A model generated the notes under the pieces. It saw only the letters and a list, made by a program, of their open reading frames with translations. It did not search any database and had not been told where the DNA came from. The position numbers and the translations under genes were made by a program. From Lama guanicoe (lineage: Eukaryota), in contig MU053561.1 of assembly GCA_013239625.1 (NCBI GenBank), positions 312,826-376,825 on the forward strand: 64,000 nt of DNA, read 5' to 3'. This document shows, in pieces, positions 1 to 11,001 of this stretch (positions within the stretch are counted from its first letter, which is position 1; each line of letters begins with the position of its first letter).

Positions 1-1000
1 GAGGTACAAAAACACGTGGCCTGTGGATTTTGCCCAGAGCAATATTTGCTGACCTTTACCTTAGAGCATAATAGCCACTTGAAACGCTTCATGTCCTTCC
101 AGGGTACATGATGTAGACTGGAAGAACCATTTTCTGTGGCAAGATTTTTTTTTTTAATATACAGAACAAATTCTCGAAGCAGATGTTGCTGAAGTAAGAA
201 CAAAGAATTTTATCTGATCTTCTTGTATCCATTTTTGGTTGATGCCACTTTTCTAGTTGAGATGATCTATACTGGAGATCTGCACCAAAGCCGAGATCCT
301 GTTAAATTAATGAGCGTCATCAATAATATAAATAAAAATATTATATTGTTTTCTTTCACAATAGCTGTTCTCGTATTGCCATGAAAGTAATAAATGTTGT
401 GAGATATCATTGACTTTGTGAAAGTTATCCTTTGTGTGGAAAAGTTTTTTGGGTGATTATTGTGATGGTGATGATTTTAATAATTGTTTGTTCTCAAAAG
501 CTTATAATCTAGAGGACAACAGATAAACAAACCAAATCCAGTCCCAGTTGTGTCACTGATGATAAAGCATGCTTCTAAGTACAGGCACCAGTAGGCTAAG
601 ACTCTTCACATGCATTGTAGGCATCGTCCACATGATGGGGGTTTGTGGGTTTTGCTGTTTTTGTTAAAAGAAGGCAAGAGTGCATAAAATGATGATAGCC
701 TTGGGGACTTTCAAAAGAAGTAATCTGTATGGTATCTGGATGTATGTTAGATAAATTTTCTCATTAGATCACCATTTAGCTTTGTAGGATTTTCACTTTG
801 TCCCTATAGAAATATAGACTTTGATTTCATACAGTAGATCAGGTGTAGGTGAAGGAATTTCCAAAGCTGAGTTGAGTTTGAATGTATACTAACACAGGCA
901 GCATTTATAGGAAGCTTTTCTATTTAATTCAACCAACATTTATGAGTGTCATGAGTGCCAAATACTAGGCTAAAAATTACTTTATTTGTATATGCTATCT

Positions 1001-1204
1001 CGGTGTTTCTCAAAATTTTTTTTATCACTATCACCTCTTGCCCAAAAGGAGCCGTTTTAGAGTTTTTTCACTAAACCCATGCAATTATAATACTATAGGT
1101 ATATTGTGTATCTGTTTAGCTGCTGTGGCCCTTTGGAAGGCCACAAACCATTGTAATATCTAAGTTTTTTTTTACCCCCCAAGAACCAGTGTTTTACCCC
1201 TTGG
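1001..1204 (+). mobile_element. Non-autonomous hAT-Charlie DNA transposon (MER-type; subfamily uncertain)
   Basis: Starts CGGTGTTTCTCAA (Charlie-like TIR); internal TGTGGCCCTTTGGAAGGCCACAAACCATTGTAATATCTAAG resembles a recalled consensus. Confidence 0.55.
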
Positions 1205-2149
1205 TCCTGTCTCTTATGGGAAGTAGTGGTTTTCGTCTTGAAATAGCATTCAAGACACTGTTATTTATTTCCCATAAAGTCCACTCTTAATTATCTGTGA
1301 TTCTAATTAAGGCCATATAAGCAGGATTTTGTACTGTTTCAGTGAATTTTGAAATCATATTTTTCAATTATTGATTCAATGGTTTTGCATATGTGTACAT
1401 TTGATTATTAGTTTTTTTGGAGAATAGTTTATTCACAATCTACAAAGAAAGATTTTTTACCCTCTTAAAGTTTGAAGAAATTCAGACTTTTCTTCAGCCT
1501 ACTCTCACATTCAGGTTCGGTTTTATATGATTTGGGTATGATTATTTTTGAACTAGGAATCCTTTCTGATCAAACCATAAGCTTTTGGTACTTTCTGGTT
1601 TCAGATATTTCTTGGACTTCAGAACTTTACAGGTGGTTATCTCCTTATGTTGGAGAACAGAAAGCTAGCACCCGCACACAATTTTTTTCTCTGAAATTTT
1701 GTTACTTTTTACTGCTCAGTGTCTAAAGAATTTAGCAGTTCATGCCACTGAAGCCCTTTGTAGGAAGTTCTGTCATTCAGGATCCTGGTGGTTCATGTAA
1801 TGAATGTTTTATCAAAAATTAGTAAAAGATTAATAGACGTATAAAAGAAAATGCAGTCTGTGTATCTGTGTGTGTATGTGTGTGTATATATGTGTGTATG
1901 TAAGTTCATACTTTGGGGGGAAATATGATTTCAAAAATCTACTCCATATAGCTTGGCTGGCCCACTTTGATTCAGGGGAAAGTGAAGGTTAAGAAGTCTT
2001 CTATATATCAGGAATCTTAATTAGTGTTGCTAATCCTTTGGGTAAATAGCTCAACCTAGTGGTTCCCAAACTTTGAGTATATTTAAAGAGTCTTTAGGGT
2101 GTGAAGATTCCATGCACGCTTGCATTTTGCCCTTTGGCTTCTGTTAAGA

Positions 2150-2510
2150 ATATGAGCACTGAATAGTCGCATGCCATCTATATGCCAGTTATTGTCTTAG
2201 GCACTGGGAGTATGGTGAGGAACAATTCTTAGTCTGTTGGGGAAGACAAATAATCATAATAATGGGATAATGAATGATATATATTAGGGTTGCAGAAATA
2301 TACAGCTGGGTGTCGCGCTTATTTCTTAAAGGAAATAATATTTGAGCTGAAGCTTAAAGGAATTTTAGGACTTAACTATGAGAAAAGAGTGGGGAAAAGA
2401 GTGTTGCGCCGAGTGAACAGCATGTACAAAGGTCTGGAGGCACAGGAGCCAAAAGAAGTTGAGCCTAGTGAGAGTGTAAGGTGTAAGGGGGAGACGATCT
2501 TGAGATGAAA
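2150..2510 (-). mobile_element. L2 LINE fragment
   Basis: Antisense L2 3' motifs (tatgccag..ttaggcactggga; tttgagctgaagcttaaagga; aacagcatgtacaaaggtctggagg). Confidence 0.65.
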
Positions 2511-2989
2511 GCATTTCTCAGTCTCTTGTTTGAATACAAGGCATAATGTCAAAATCTACTAAGAATGCAATAACTTTTATAAACCTTTATGTTTTAATAA
2601 TTATAACAGCATTTACAGTCCATTTAAATATAGATAGGACATTAGTTAGTAGTCTAGAGAGTGTTTAATTAGCATTTGCAGACTCCATGCAGTAACTGTA
2701 TAGTGCATAGCTTGGGAACAACTGGCTTAACTCATTCATTTTTCCTATTATTGTGAAGAATGCTCTTTGTAAACTCATGTATGTTTAGAATATGCGTGCC
2801 ATGTTTTAATCACAAGTAGACATTTTCTCAGGGTCCAGTGCAGTGAAATATGGTAAGGTACCGATTGTGTGCTCCAAGACAGAGAAAAGGCCACCTTCTG
2901 TTATAGGAGCAACACAAGCCTTTCAACGCTGTTTGTGTGCCCTTGCCCAATCTTTCAAGTGATGATTGAAGAGGCGAGGCTCTCAGTTC

Positions 2990-3360
2990 AGCTTTTGAGT
3001 TCTGATAAATGAGCCCAGACTATAAACTGGAAGATAAGGGTGTTTGCAAATTCTTGTGTAAATAAAGCATGGGTTCCCTTTGCAGTGGTTACTGATTTCA
3101 TAGTCTCAGATGAAGATGAACAATGCTGTGAATTAACAGCTTTAAAGCTGCAGCTTCTTTTTGGTTAGTATTTATTAAAATCAGTGTGTGTTTACTGCTT
3201 TATTCAGATGAGGGGGGTGGTGAAAAACCTGAACACATGGAAACCAAGTGAGGTGGCATTTCAGCAGATAATTCCCAGCCTCACAATTCCCCGTGAAATT
3301 CTTTTCCTGTGGGAAACTTTTAATTTGGAAGCATTCAGTCTAATGTGGGAACCAAGATTA
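2990..3360. promoter_or_regulatory. Candidate intronic enhancer with clustered RBPJ/CSL, GATA and FOX motifs
   Basis: TGTGGGAA at 3308-3315 and 3344-3351; weaker reverse-strand variants TTCCCAG 3272 and TTCCCCG 3287; WGATAA at about 3003, 3031 and 3266; TGTTTAC 3189-3195; no recognisable repeat. Confidence 0.45.
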
Positions 3361-3496
3361 ACATTTTCTGAAATACTTCTACAAGAAAAGCAGAAATGTT
3401 CTGTTCAGGAAGCTGAATTTACATAGTAGAAAAATGGGCTGTCCTGCAGTATTTGGTAGTCTTTGTTTATTAGTTGTGGTAAAAAAAGGAAAAAGT

Positions 3497-3529
3497 TGTG
3501 TGTGTGTGTGTGAGTGAGAGAGAGAGAGA
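3497..3529. repeat. (TG)n(AG)n compound microsatellite
   Basis: Directly visible. Confidence 0.9.
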
Positions 3530-4299
3530 AATTGTATATTTGTCTTTGTTTCCTTTACATCAAACCAGCAAAGCCCTAGAAAGTGTGTTTTACCACAAAC
3601 AGCCCAGCACTGGGCCCTAACACTATACGTGAATACTTTTTTTCAGTTCTTTTTGTTTTTAATTCTTGCTGACTAAGCCATAATGTTTCCTTTTTTTTTT
3701 TTTCCTTTCTTTTTTGGGGGAGGGGAGGTGACAGTGGGAATGGGAATGGCAAGAAGTCAACATGACAGAGCTCTTCCCTTTTCGTCTCCACTTTACCAGG
3801 AAGTTAACAAGAAGTATTCCTGTACTTTTTTTAAAAAACAAATTCAGTAATTAGCATAACCCAGTTAGTTACCTTTACACAGAGTTACAGAATTAAAAAG
3901 TTGACAGTGATGAGATATCAGATTGGGGGTACCAGGAGGAGGGGGACGATGAGGTCGGACAAGTAGGTTGCACCTCTTGAAGGCCAACTGAAGAGTTTGG
4001 ACTTGATTCTGTAGGCTCTGGGGCATTAGAAGTTTGTAAGCCAGAGCCTTGGGAATTACATGTTACATAGGAACTTTAACTGGTTACAGTTAGCCTTGGC
4101 TGTTAGCAATTATTTTTATCTACTTTAACAGGGGCCTGGGGGAGGGGGCAGGAAACTAAGCTGGCATTATGGTCACAGGAAAGAACAGACTGATTTGGGA
4201 CCTTTTCAAACTGCAGACCTTTGTTACTGACCAATGCTTAATTTGGTTTCTGGGTTTTGTTTTTTTTTTCCTTCTGCCCTTACCTCATTTACCTTAACG

Positions 4300-4742
4300 A
4301 CAGCTCCCCCGCTTCAGAGCTCAACTAGGGCAGGCTGCCACTGCGGATTGGGGGGCCGAGAGGCCCAGAGCAAGAAGAAAGTGGGTTGAAAGCAGAGTTC
4401 TGTTTAAAGAATTTTCTGCTGGAAACCAGCCCAGAGGGAGTAAAGAGGAGCTTTAATGAGGAGCAGCTGCAGGGCCGACGCAACCCACATGAGACATTTT
4501 TTTCCCCTCCGTTCCACATTCTGTATAGTTTTTAAAAAATCATGATTTTGAAATAGATGTTTTGTAAAGCACGCCTCTCTTTTTCTACTTCTTGTATGTG
4601 GTGGAGTTTTGCTTTGTGGTTTTATTTTTTTAATGACCAAATCCTTACGGAAAAAAAACCCCCAAAAACAAAAAACTAAAGGCAGAGCTGCAGCAAAGCC
4701 CTGGATGCCATTTGGGCTCACCCTGCTGATACAGAACATTCG
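4300..4742 (+). promoter_or_regulatory. Candidate internal promoter and alternative first exon (ATG 4705, donor GT 4743)
   Basis: Repeat-free and locally GC/CpG-richer, with a reverse CCAAT (GATTGG near 4347). ATG..CG|gt encodes MPFGLTLLIQNI-R in phase 2, matching the exon 3 acceptor phase. The donor GTGGAG is weak. Confidence 0.4.
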
Positions 4743-5189
4743 GTGGAGAAAACAAGGGAGGGAGAACACTGGCTTTTATTTGGAAAAGGGGCTTATTTCC
4801 TGCTCAGACTTCAGTCATCTTGGAGCTGACACAAGCTGCTACAGTGTTTTAAGCTTTTCTCTAGACGAGTGGCTATTCACTTAGGAAACTTGAAAGAACA
4901 AATTTTTCTGTCCTGTATTACTAGGGAGACGGACCCCGAACTGCAGCCATTGCCAGATAGATTGGAATTGCTGTTCACATCCCCGCTCTGTTGAAATCTG
5001 TACAGTGGCTACATGTAAACGAATTCAGGCTGCTGGTGACATGTGAGAGTTGGGGTCTGGTTTTCATCTGCTTTATTGAGGGGGGACTGTATGGGCAACC
5101 TTTCAGTTGGAATGTGTTCCAGTTCCATTAGGAGGGATCCCTTGTTTCTCCCTCTTTTCTTCCCTCCTTCCCACCCCTTCACCCCACTC

Positions 5190-5191
<2 letters not shown>

Positions 5192-5223
<32 letters not shown>
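5192..5223. repeat. (TG)16 microsatellite
   Basis: Directly visible. Confidence 0.95.
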
Positions 5224-5226
<3 letters not shown>

Positions 5227-7238
5227 GAACAATGAGAGGGGACCTCTTCATGTCAGAAATGGCGGACTTTTTCAGAAAAAGGCATGAATATATCTGTGAT
5301 GGAGCTGATAAGTATTCAGGTTAGTTTATGAAACTAGTTTACAGGGAAGAAGCCCCCCCCCCGCCCTCCCCAGTTTCCCTGTACTCGCAGCCTTCTTTGT
5401 GAACTCTGTTCTCTCAGAGATCCGCAGCCAGAGAAGGGGAGAGACTAGGAGGAAGTCACTGAGAGAACTGCTTAGATGAGTGATAAATTCCGTCCAGGGA
5501 GGAGGGCATTTATATAGTTGGGGAGCAAAAGACCAAGTGTTAGATTTATTCGGTTATTTTTTAGAAATTTTTTTACATAAACCTTCAGTTCAAGATGTGG
5601 GCTATTTTCTAAAAATTGTTCTGAGGTGACATTATAGATCTGTAGATTTGTAAGGGAACTTGGATGATAAAATCAACTCAAGCCATCTCAAGAAGAGACC
5701 TATTTAAGCTCTTGTTTTCAGCAGAGTCTTAATTCCTACTCAGACTCACAGGGTGTACGGTATACTAGTATTACAGCTGAACAGAGATTTGCAAAGTTGA
5801 AAGGTCTCCTGCCTTAGGAAACAGGGGTCCTTTACTTTTGGCTGCCTCACTTCCCCGTCTCTCCCTTTTCTTCCCATGTCCATAATTCTGCTTAGCCTCT
5901 GGGATGTGAGGGATAATCTTGTACCTCAGGATGTTTCTTATGGTGACCTTGGCCTTTGTTCTACCAGGCAGAGCACAGTGTGGGGTTGGTAAGGTATTTT
6001 GTAACAGGTTTGGTTTGGGAGACTGACTTTATCCATCATGTGAAATTTAACCTGGTTTGGAATGAAGTACTTAGTGGTACACAGGAGTTCAAGGTATTCA
6101 AGGCACCTGCACCAGGGTCTCTAGACACGCCCTTACCCACCCACCCACACACACAAAATCAACTGGGAGTTTGAGAGAGGCACAGGAAGGACATAACAGT
6201 GGCTTAAATGAAGAAGAGTCATATTGATAGAAATAATGTAATGTATAACATAGAATGTAACTACTGTTAGATCAGAGATGGGTGAGATGGTTTGGAGAAA
6301 GCTTTGAGCAGATCTTTGAAGCCAGGATAGAAAAAGGAAAAATAACTCAGAGACGTATCAGATGGGAAAGTGTGATATTTCTTACTGGAAATTAGAAAGA
6401 AGATTTTTACATAGGAAACAGTAAAGAGTGTGGAAATAATCTTGAGTGTTTAAGTTATGGGTTACTAGGGAGTAAGACAGTTGGTAGGAGTGGGGCAGAC
6501 AGATTCTAAGGAACTTGGATTTGAAGGGCTGAGCACTAAAGCTAGTTTCCAAGCAGAGAAGTGACATGACTAAAATTATTCTTGAGGAGGATTATTCTTT
6601 AAGTGGTGTGCTTAGTTTCAGTGAGCAATTTTCTGGCTATCCTTATGGAAAGGTGTGGATAGGATGCTGGTGTAATTAAGATGATAGAGCTGACTGAATA
6701 GGTGCCAGTCTTGGGGAAAGACTTTGTAGAATATTTTCAGCTAAGTGCTATTATATGTTTTCATGAAGAATCTAGAGATACATTTGTAGATGACGCAAAA
6801 CTGGGGAAATTTCTAGATTTACAGACAACAAACTTGGGGCAGATCCGTTAGCTTTGGTGTCCTTATCAGTGTAATAGGGTTCAGACCAGCTGGCTTCTGA
6901 GGTTTGGTACAGGGATGAAATTATGTGATTAGATGAATAAAGTGTAAAAGTTGTCTCAATCAAGGAAACTAGGGGTAAAGATTCAGCATGAAAGAAAGAA
7001 ATGACAGTTCCAATTACTGGGTTCGGTGAGCACATACAAATATAGGATGGGAGAAATAGGGCATAAAAGTAATTCATGTAGGGGGGAAATGGGCTTTTCA
7101 ACGACTGTGTGTTCGGTAGTACATAGGAGTATTTTGTGACTTCTAGAAAAGTAAATGTAGGTTTGGGCTGCAGCAGTAGAAACAACAGTGTCTGGCACAC
7201 AGGAGGTGATGGTCCAGCTCAGTACTGTGCTGGTAAGA

Positions 7239-7499
7239 ACATATATGCTACGTGTTTTTTTTTTTTTTTTCCATTTTGGGCCCTACCTTTTAAAAGAGGT
7301 TTTGGATGAACTAGGAGCACCTTGTTGAAGGTAGGCAAGATAGTCCAGTTTTGAAGTACATGGACTCTGACATATATGCTCGTGTTTTTTTTTTTTTCTT
7401 CCATTTTGGGCCCTACCTTTTAAAAGAGGTTTTGGATGAACTAGGAGCACCTTGTTGAAGGTAGGCAAGATAGTCCAGTTTTGAAGTACATGGACTCTG
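7239..7499. repeat. Tandem duplication, 2 x ~130 bp, near-identical
   Basis: Copies 7239-7369 and 7370-7499 differ only by a 1-nt indel (gctacg/gctcg) and one T>C in the T-run. Confidence 0.95.
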
Positions 7500-7715
7500 G
7501 AGTTAAACCTAGATTTGTGTCCTACCTTTGACGTCTGCTAGCTGTGAAATCATCTTTCTAAGCTTCAAGGTCCTCATATTCAGAATTGAGATCATAGGGT
7601 AACATACTGTTACAGGGAATAATAAAAGAGATAATGGCTGTAAAATGCTTAGCAAATACGTAACACACAGTAAATGCTTCGAAAATGTTGGTCACTGTCA
7701 TTATTATTACCGTTG
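7470..7715 (+). mobile_element. MIR SINE
   Basis: catggactctggagttaaacctagatttg...aataaaagagataatggctgtaaaatgcttagca. Confidence 0.7.
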
Positions 7716-7915
7716 TTATCTTAAGCGTGGGAGAGCCACTGAAATGGTGAGGAAGTCTTTCCAAAGCATTGAACCCTGGAAAAAAAGAAAACAGAGTCAA
7801 CATAGCTATCTTCAAATTTTTGAAGGGTCACATGTGAGAGAAGCAGAAGGCTTGTTCCTTTTTGTTCTAGAAGACAGGCATAGCCAGCAGGTGGAAATTG
7901 TAGAGAGGCAGAATT

Positions 7916-8527
7916 ATTTTTTTTAAATAAGATATGATTCACATACTATTAAATTCACTCTTTTAAGGTGTACAATTCAGTGGTTTTTTTCAGACCTGAA
8001 AAACAATTTCTAAAAGATCGACTTTTCCAGAAAATTGTAGCATTGCTCTTAGGACATAGTTTCCAGGTATATTCAGAGTTAAGTATAACCATCAACATTT
8101 TCTAATTTTAAAACATTTTCGTTACCTTTCAAAGAAACTCTCTACTCCTTAGTAGTCACTCTCCAGTTCCCCTCTTCCCAGCCCCTGACAACACTAACCT
8201 ACTTTCTGTCTCTATAGATTTGCCTGTTCTTGACATTTCACAAAAACAAAATTATACAATATGTGGCCTTTTGTCTCTAGCTGCTTTCACTGAACATGAC
8301 GTTTTCAAGGTTCATCCATGTCATAGCATGTGTCAGATCTTCATTCCTTCTTTCATGGCAAATAATATTTCATTGTATGAATACACCACATTATCCATTC
8401 ATCAGCTTATGGGCATTTGGGTTGCTTCCACTTTTTGTTATTGTGAATAATACTGCTACAAGTATTCTTTACAAATTTTTGTGTGGACTTAGGTTTTCAG
8501 CCATCTTGGGTATATACCTAGGAGGGA
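7916..8527 (-). mobile_element. L1M (L1MB-like) 3' fragment with 10-bp TSD
   Basis: Antisense L1 3'UTR (gtgtacaattcagtggttttt; aggttcatccatgtcatagcatgtgtcag); TSD AGGCAGAATT at 7906-7915 and 8528-8537. Confidence 0.85.
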
Positions 8528-9994
8528 AGGCAGAATTTTAGAAAAAAAGAGTTTGTGACAATGGGATCCACCTACACTGAAGACAGTTCTGTTGCAAAAG
8601 TAGTGAGCCAGTACCTTTGTTTTACTGAACAAGTGATGGCTTTTGCTGTGTTTACTAGATACTGTTCTAAGTGCTTTACAGTTATTTAAAGCCCTACAAG
8701 GTAGACATTGTTATTAAATCTATTTTGCAACAAGGAGGTTTAGTAACTTGCTCAAGATCACTCGTAGAGTAAATGAGATTGAAATCCAGGTGATCTGGTT
8801 CTAGTGTCTGTACCCTTAGTACAGGAACAATAAAGACTTCAAGTATTTATTGAATTCTGTTTCTCAGACACCATGCTTAACTGCTTTTATTCAAGTAGAG
8901 ACTGGTGATTAACTTTTAGGGATATTTTAGAAAGAATTATTTTTTGGGTAGAAGTTACCTTAGGGTGCCTTGAATCCCAGGTTTCCAAGGATGGATAGAA
9001 GTGGGGGAAAAGCCAGTAACAAGATGTCTGGCCTGAGGCTTTTAAGATGATTAGACTTTTTCTCAGAAAGGAAACAGTGAGTATCAATGATAAGTACTGC
9101 GGGAACTCGGTTAGCAAGACTTGTCAGAATATGTTAATAAGTTATAGATAATGTAAAAAGATTAACCAAAAGTGACTTTTGAGATTGTGAATGGAAGCCT
9201 TAGAAAAATGGATGAATTAAAGTTTCATGGAAAAGTGATCCTACTTTAAAAATATTTAGTTTCAAGTATTGGCAGGATATATTAGGGTAAGGAGATGACT
9301 TTTAGTAAACCGAATGTATGGAACTGGAGCTGAAGGTGGTTGTTTAGAATGAAATCAACAGCAACAAAAATAACATGCATAAGAGAGAAAAGAGCAGTGC
9401 AGCCTAGACTTCCCTTTAAGGTGGCTGTAGTTGATGGGAAAGAAGAAGTAGAGGAATCAGTAATCTAGACTAAGAATTTCTAGAGCTTTGAGATAGACAG
9501 AGGGAGTCATAGAAGCCAAATGTAAAATGATGAAAGTGATGGAAGGCGTGGCCAGCAATACCTTCCGTAAAGAGAATTTCCTTGTGATAAAATCTCAGAT
9601 GAGATCACTGAACTTGATAAGGGGTAAGTCGTTGCTCTTAGGACATAGATTCTGGGCAATAATTAGAACAAAAGTTTTGTTGCAAAGGGACAAGTAAGAA
9701 GATGGAACAGAAAGGAAAAGTATCTGAAATTAGGCTACCGTTATAGAAGTTTGGTTGTGAAGGAAGAAGAATTTGACAAGGGAAATGGGGCTTAGTGAAA
9801 AATGTAGGTTAAAAGAGACTTGTATATGTTTTAAGGTAAAGGAATAAACAGGCTATAATGCTAGAACATTTTAAATAAGAAATTAAGACTTTATTATTAT
9901 ACCAACAATGGGTCTAGTTTCATGTAAGACTAGGATATGGTTCTGTACGTGGGCTTCAGAAGAATAAATCAGTTGTACGTCATATCTAAGTATT

Positions 9995-10550
9995 ATCTCA
10001 CTTAGAGTAAAACCCTGAATCCTTTACAGTGGCCTAAAGGCCCTTCATGATCTGCCTCCCGGTTACATCTCTCATCTGTTTCCTGGCACTCTTTTTCTTA
10101 ATCCCTTAGGTAGAGCTACAGAGTTTTCCTTGCTATTCCTCAAACATGCCAGGACTGTTCCCAATTTAAGGGCCTTTGGATTTGCTGTTCTTCCTGTCTT
10201 GAACATGCTTTCCCTAGCTACCTGCATGGGTCCCTCACCTCATTCAGGACTTGACTCAAACATGCCTCCTCAGCGAGGCCTTCTCTGATTTTCCTGTTTA
10301 TAACTGAAATACCTCACTTATCCAACCCGGTATTACCAATGCATTCTCTTCCTATGGCCCTTACCTGTTTCATTGTTACTCATAGCACTTAACTCTGCCT
10401 AACAAATTTATTATATATTTTACCTATTAGTTTTGTTTTTTGTCTTCTTCTACTAGAATTTAAACTCCGTGAGTTCAAGGATTTCCCTAGCACTAGAACC
10501 ATGCCTGGCACTTAATAGGTACTTGGTAAATGTTGCATGAATGAATGAGT
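9995..10550 (+). mobile_element. L2 LINE 3' end
   Basis: ggcccttcatgatctgcc...tgcctggcacttaataggtacttggtaaatgttgcatgaatgaatga tail. Confidence 0.8.
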
Positions 10551-10663
10551 GTAATGTTCTTTGTGGAAACTGGTAAGAGAGCATTCTTCTTCGTCATCAA
10601 CAGCATCATTGATAAGCATGTTGGATACTATTTATAGAATTAGGCTTCATATATTGTCTTACT

Positions 10664-11001
10664 CAGGAGTTGGCAAACTTTTTTGGTAAAGCACCAGATA
10701 GAAAATACTTTTGCGAGCCATGTGGTTGCCTTACAACTACTCAACTCTGTTATTGTAGTACAAGAGTAGCCATAGACAATCCCTGCGTGGATGAGTATGG
10801 TTGTGTTCCAACAAGACTTTATGTATGGAGATTGAAATTTGCATTTTACATAATTTTCAAATGTTTCAAATGAAATATTATTGTTCTTTTGATTTTTCTC
10901 CCAACCATTTAAAAATGTAAAAACCATTCTTAGCTCTCAGGCCATACAAAAACAGGCAGTGGGCCAGAGTAGACCCACAAGATGTAGTTTGCCAACCTCT
11001 A
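10664..11001 (+). mobile_element. MER58B-like hAT-Charlie MITE, full length
   Basis: TIRs CAGGAGTTGGCAAACT ... AGTTTGCCAACCTCTA; about 340 bp; MER58 core (actactcaactctgttattgtag..gccatagacaat). Confidence 0.85.

Larger units (their letters stand above)
6770..7915 (+). mobile_element. L3/CR1 LINE fragment interrupted by a MIR and an L1
   Basis: CR1-like motifs (ttgggctgcagcagtagaaac..gtgtctggcacacaggaggtgatggtcc; catagctatcttcaaatttttgaaggg). Confidence 0.6.
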
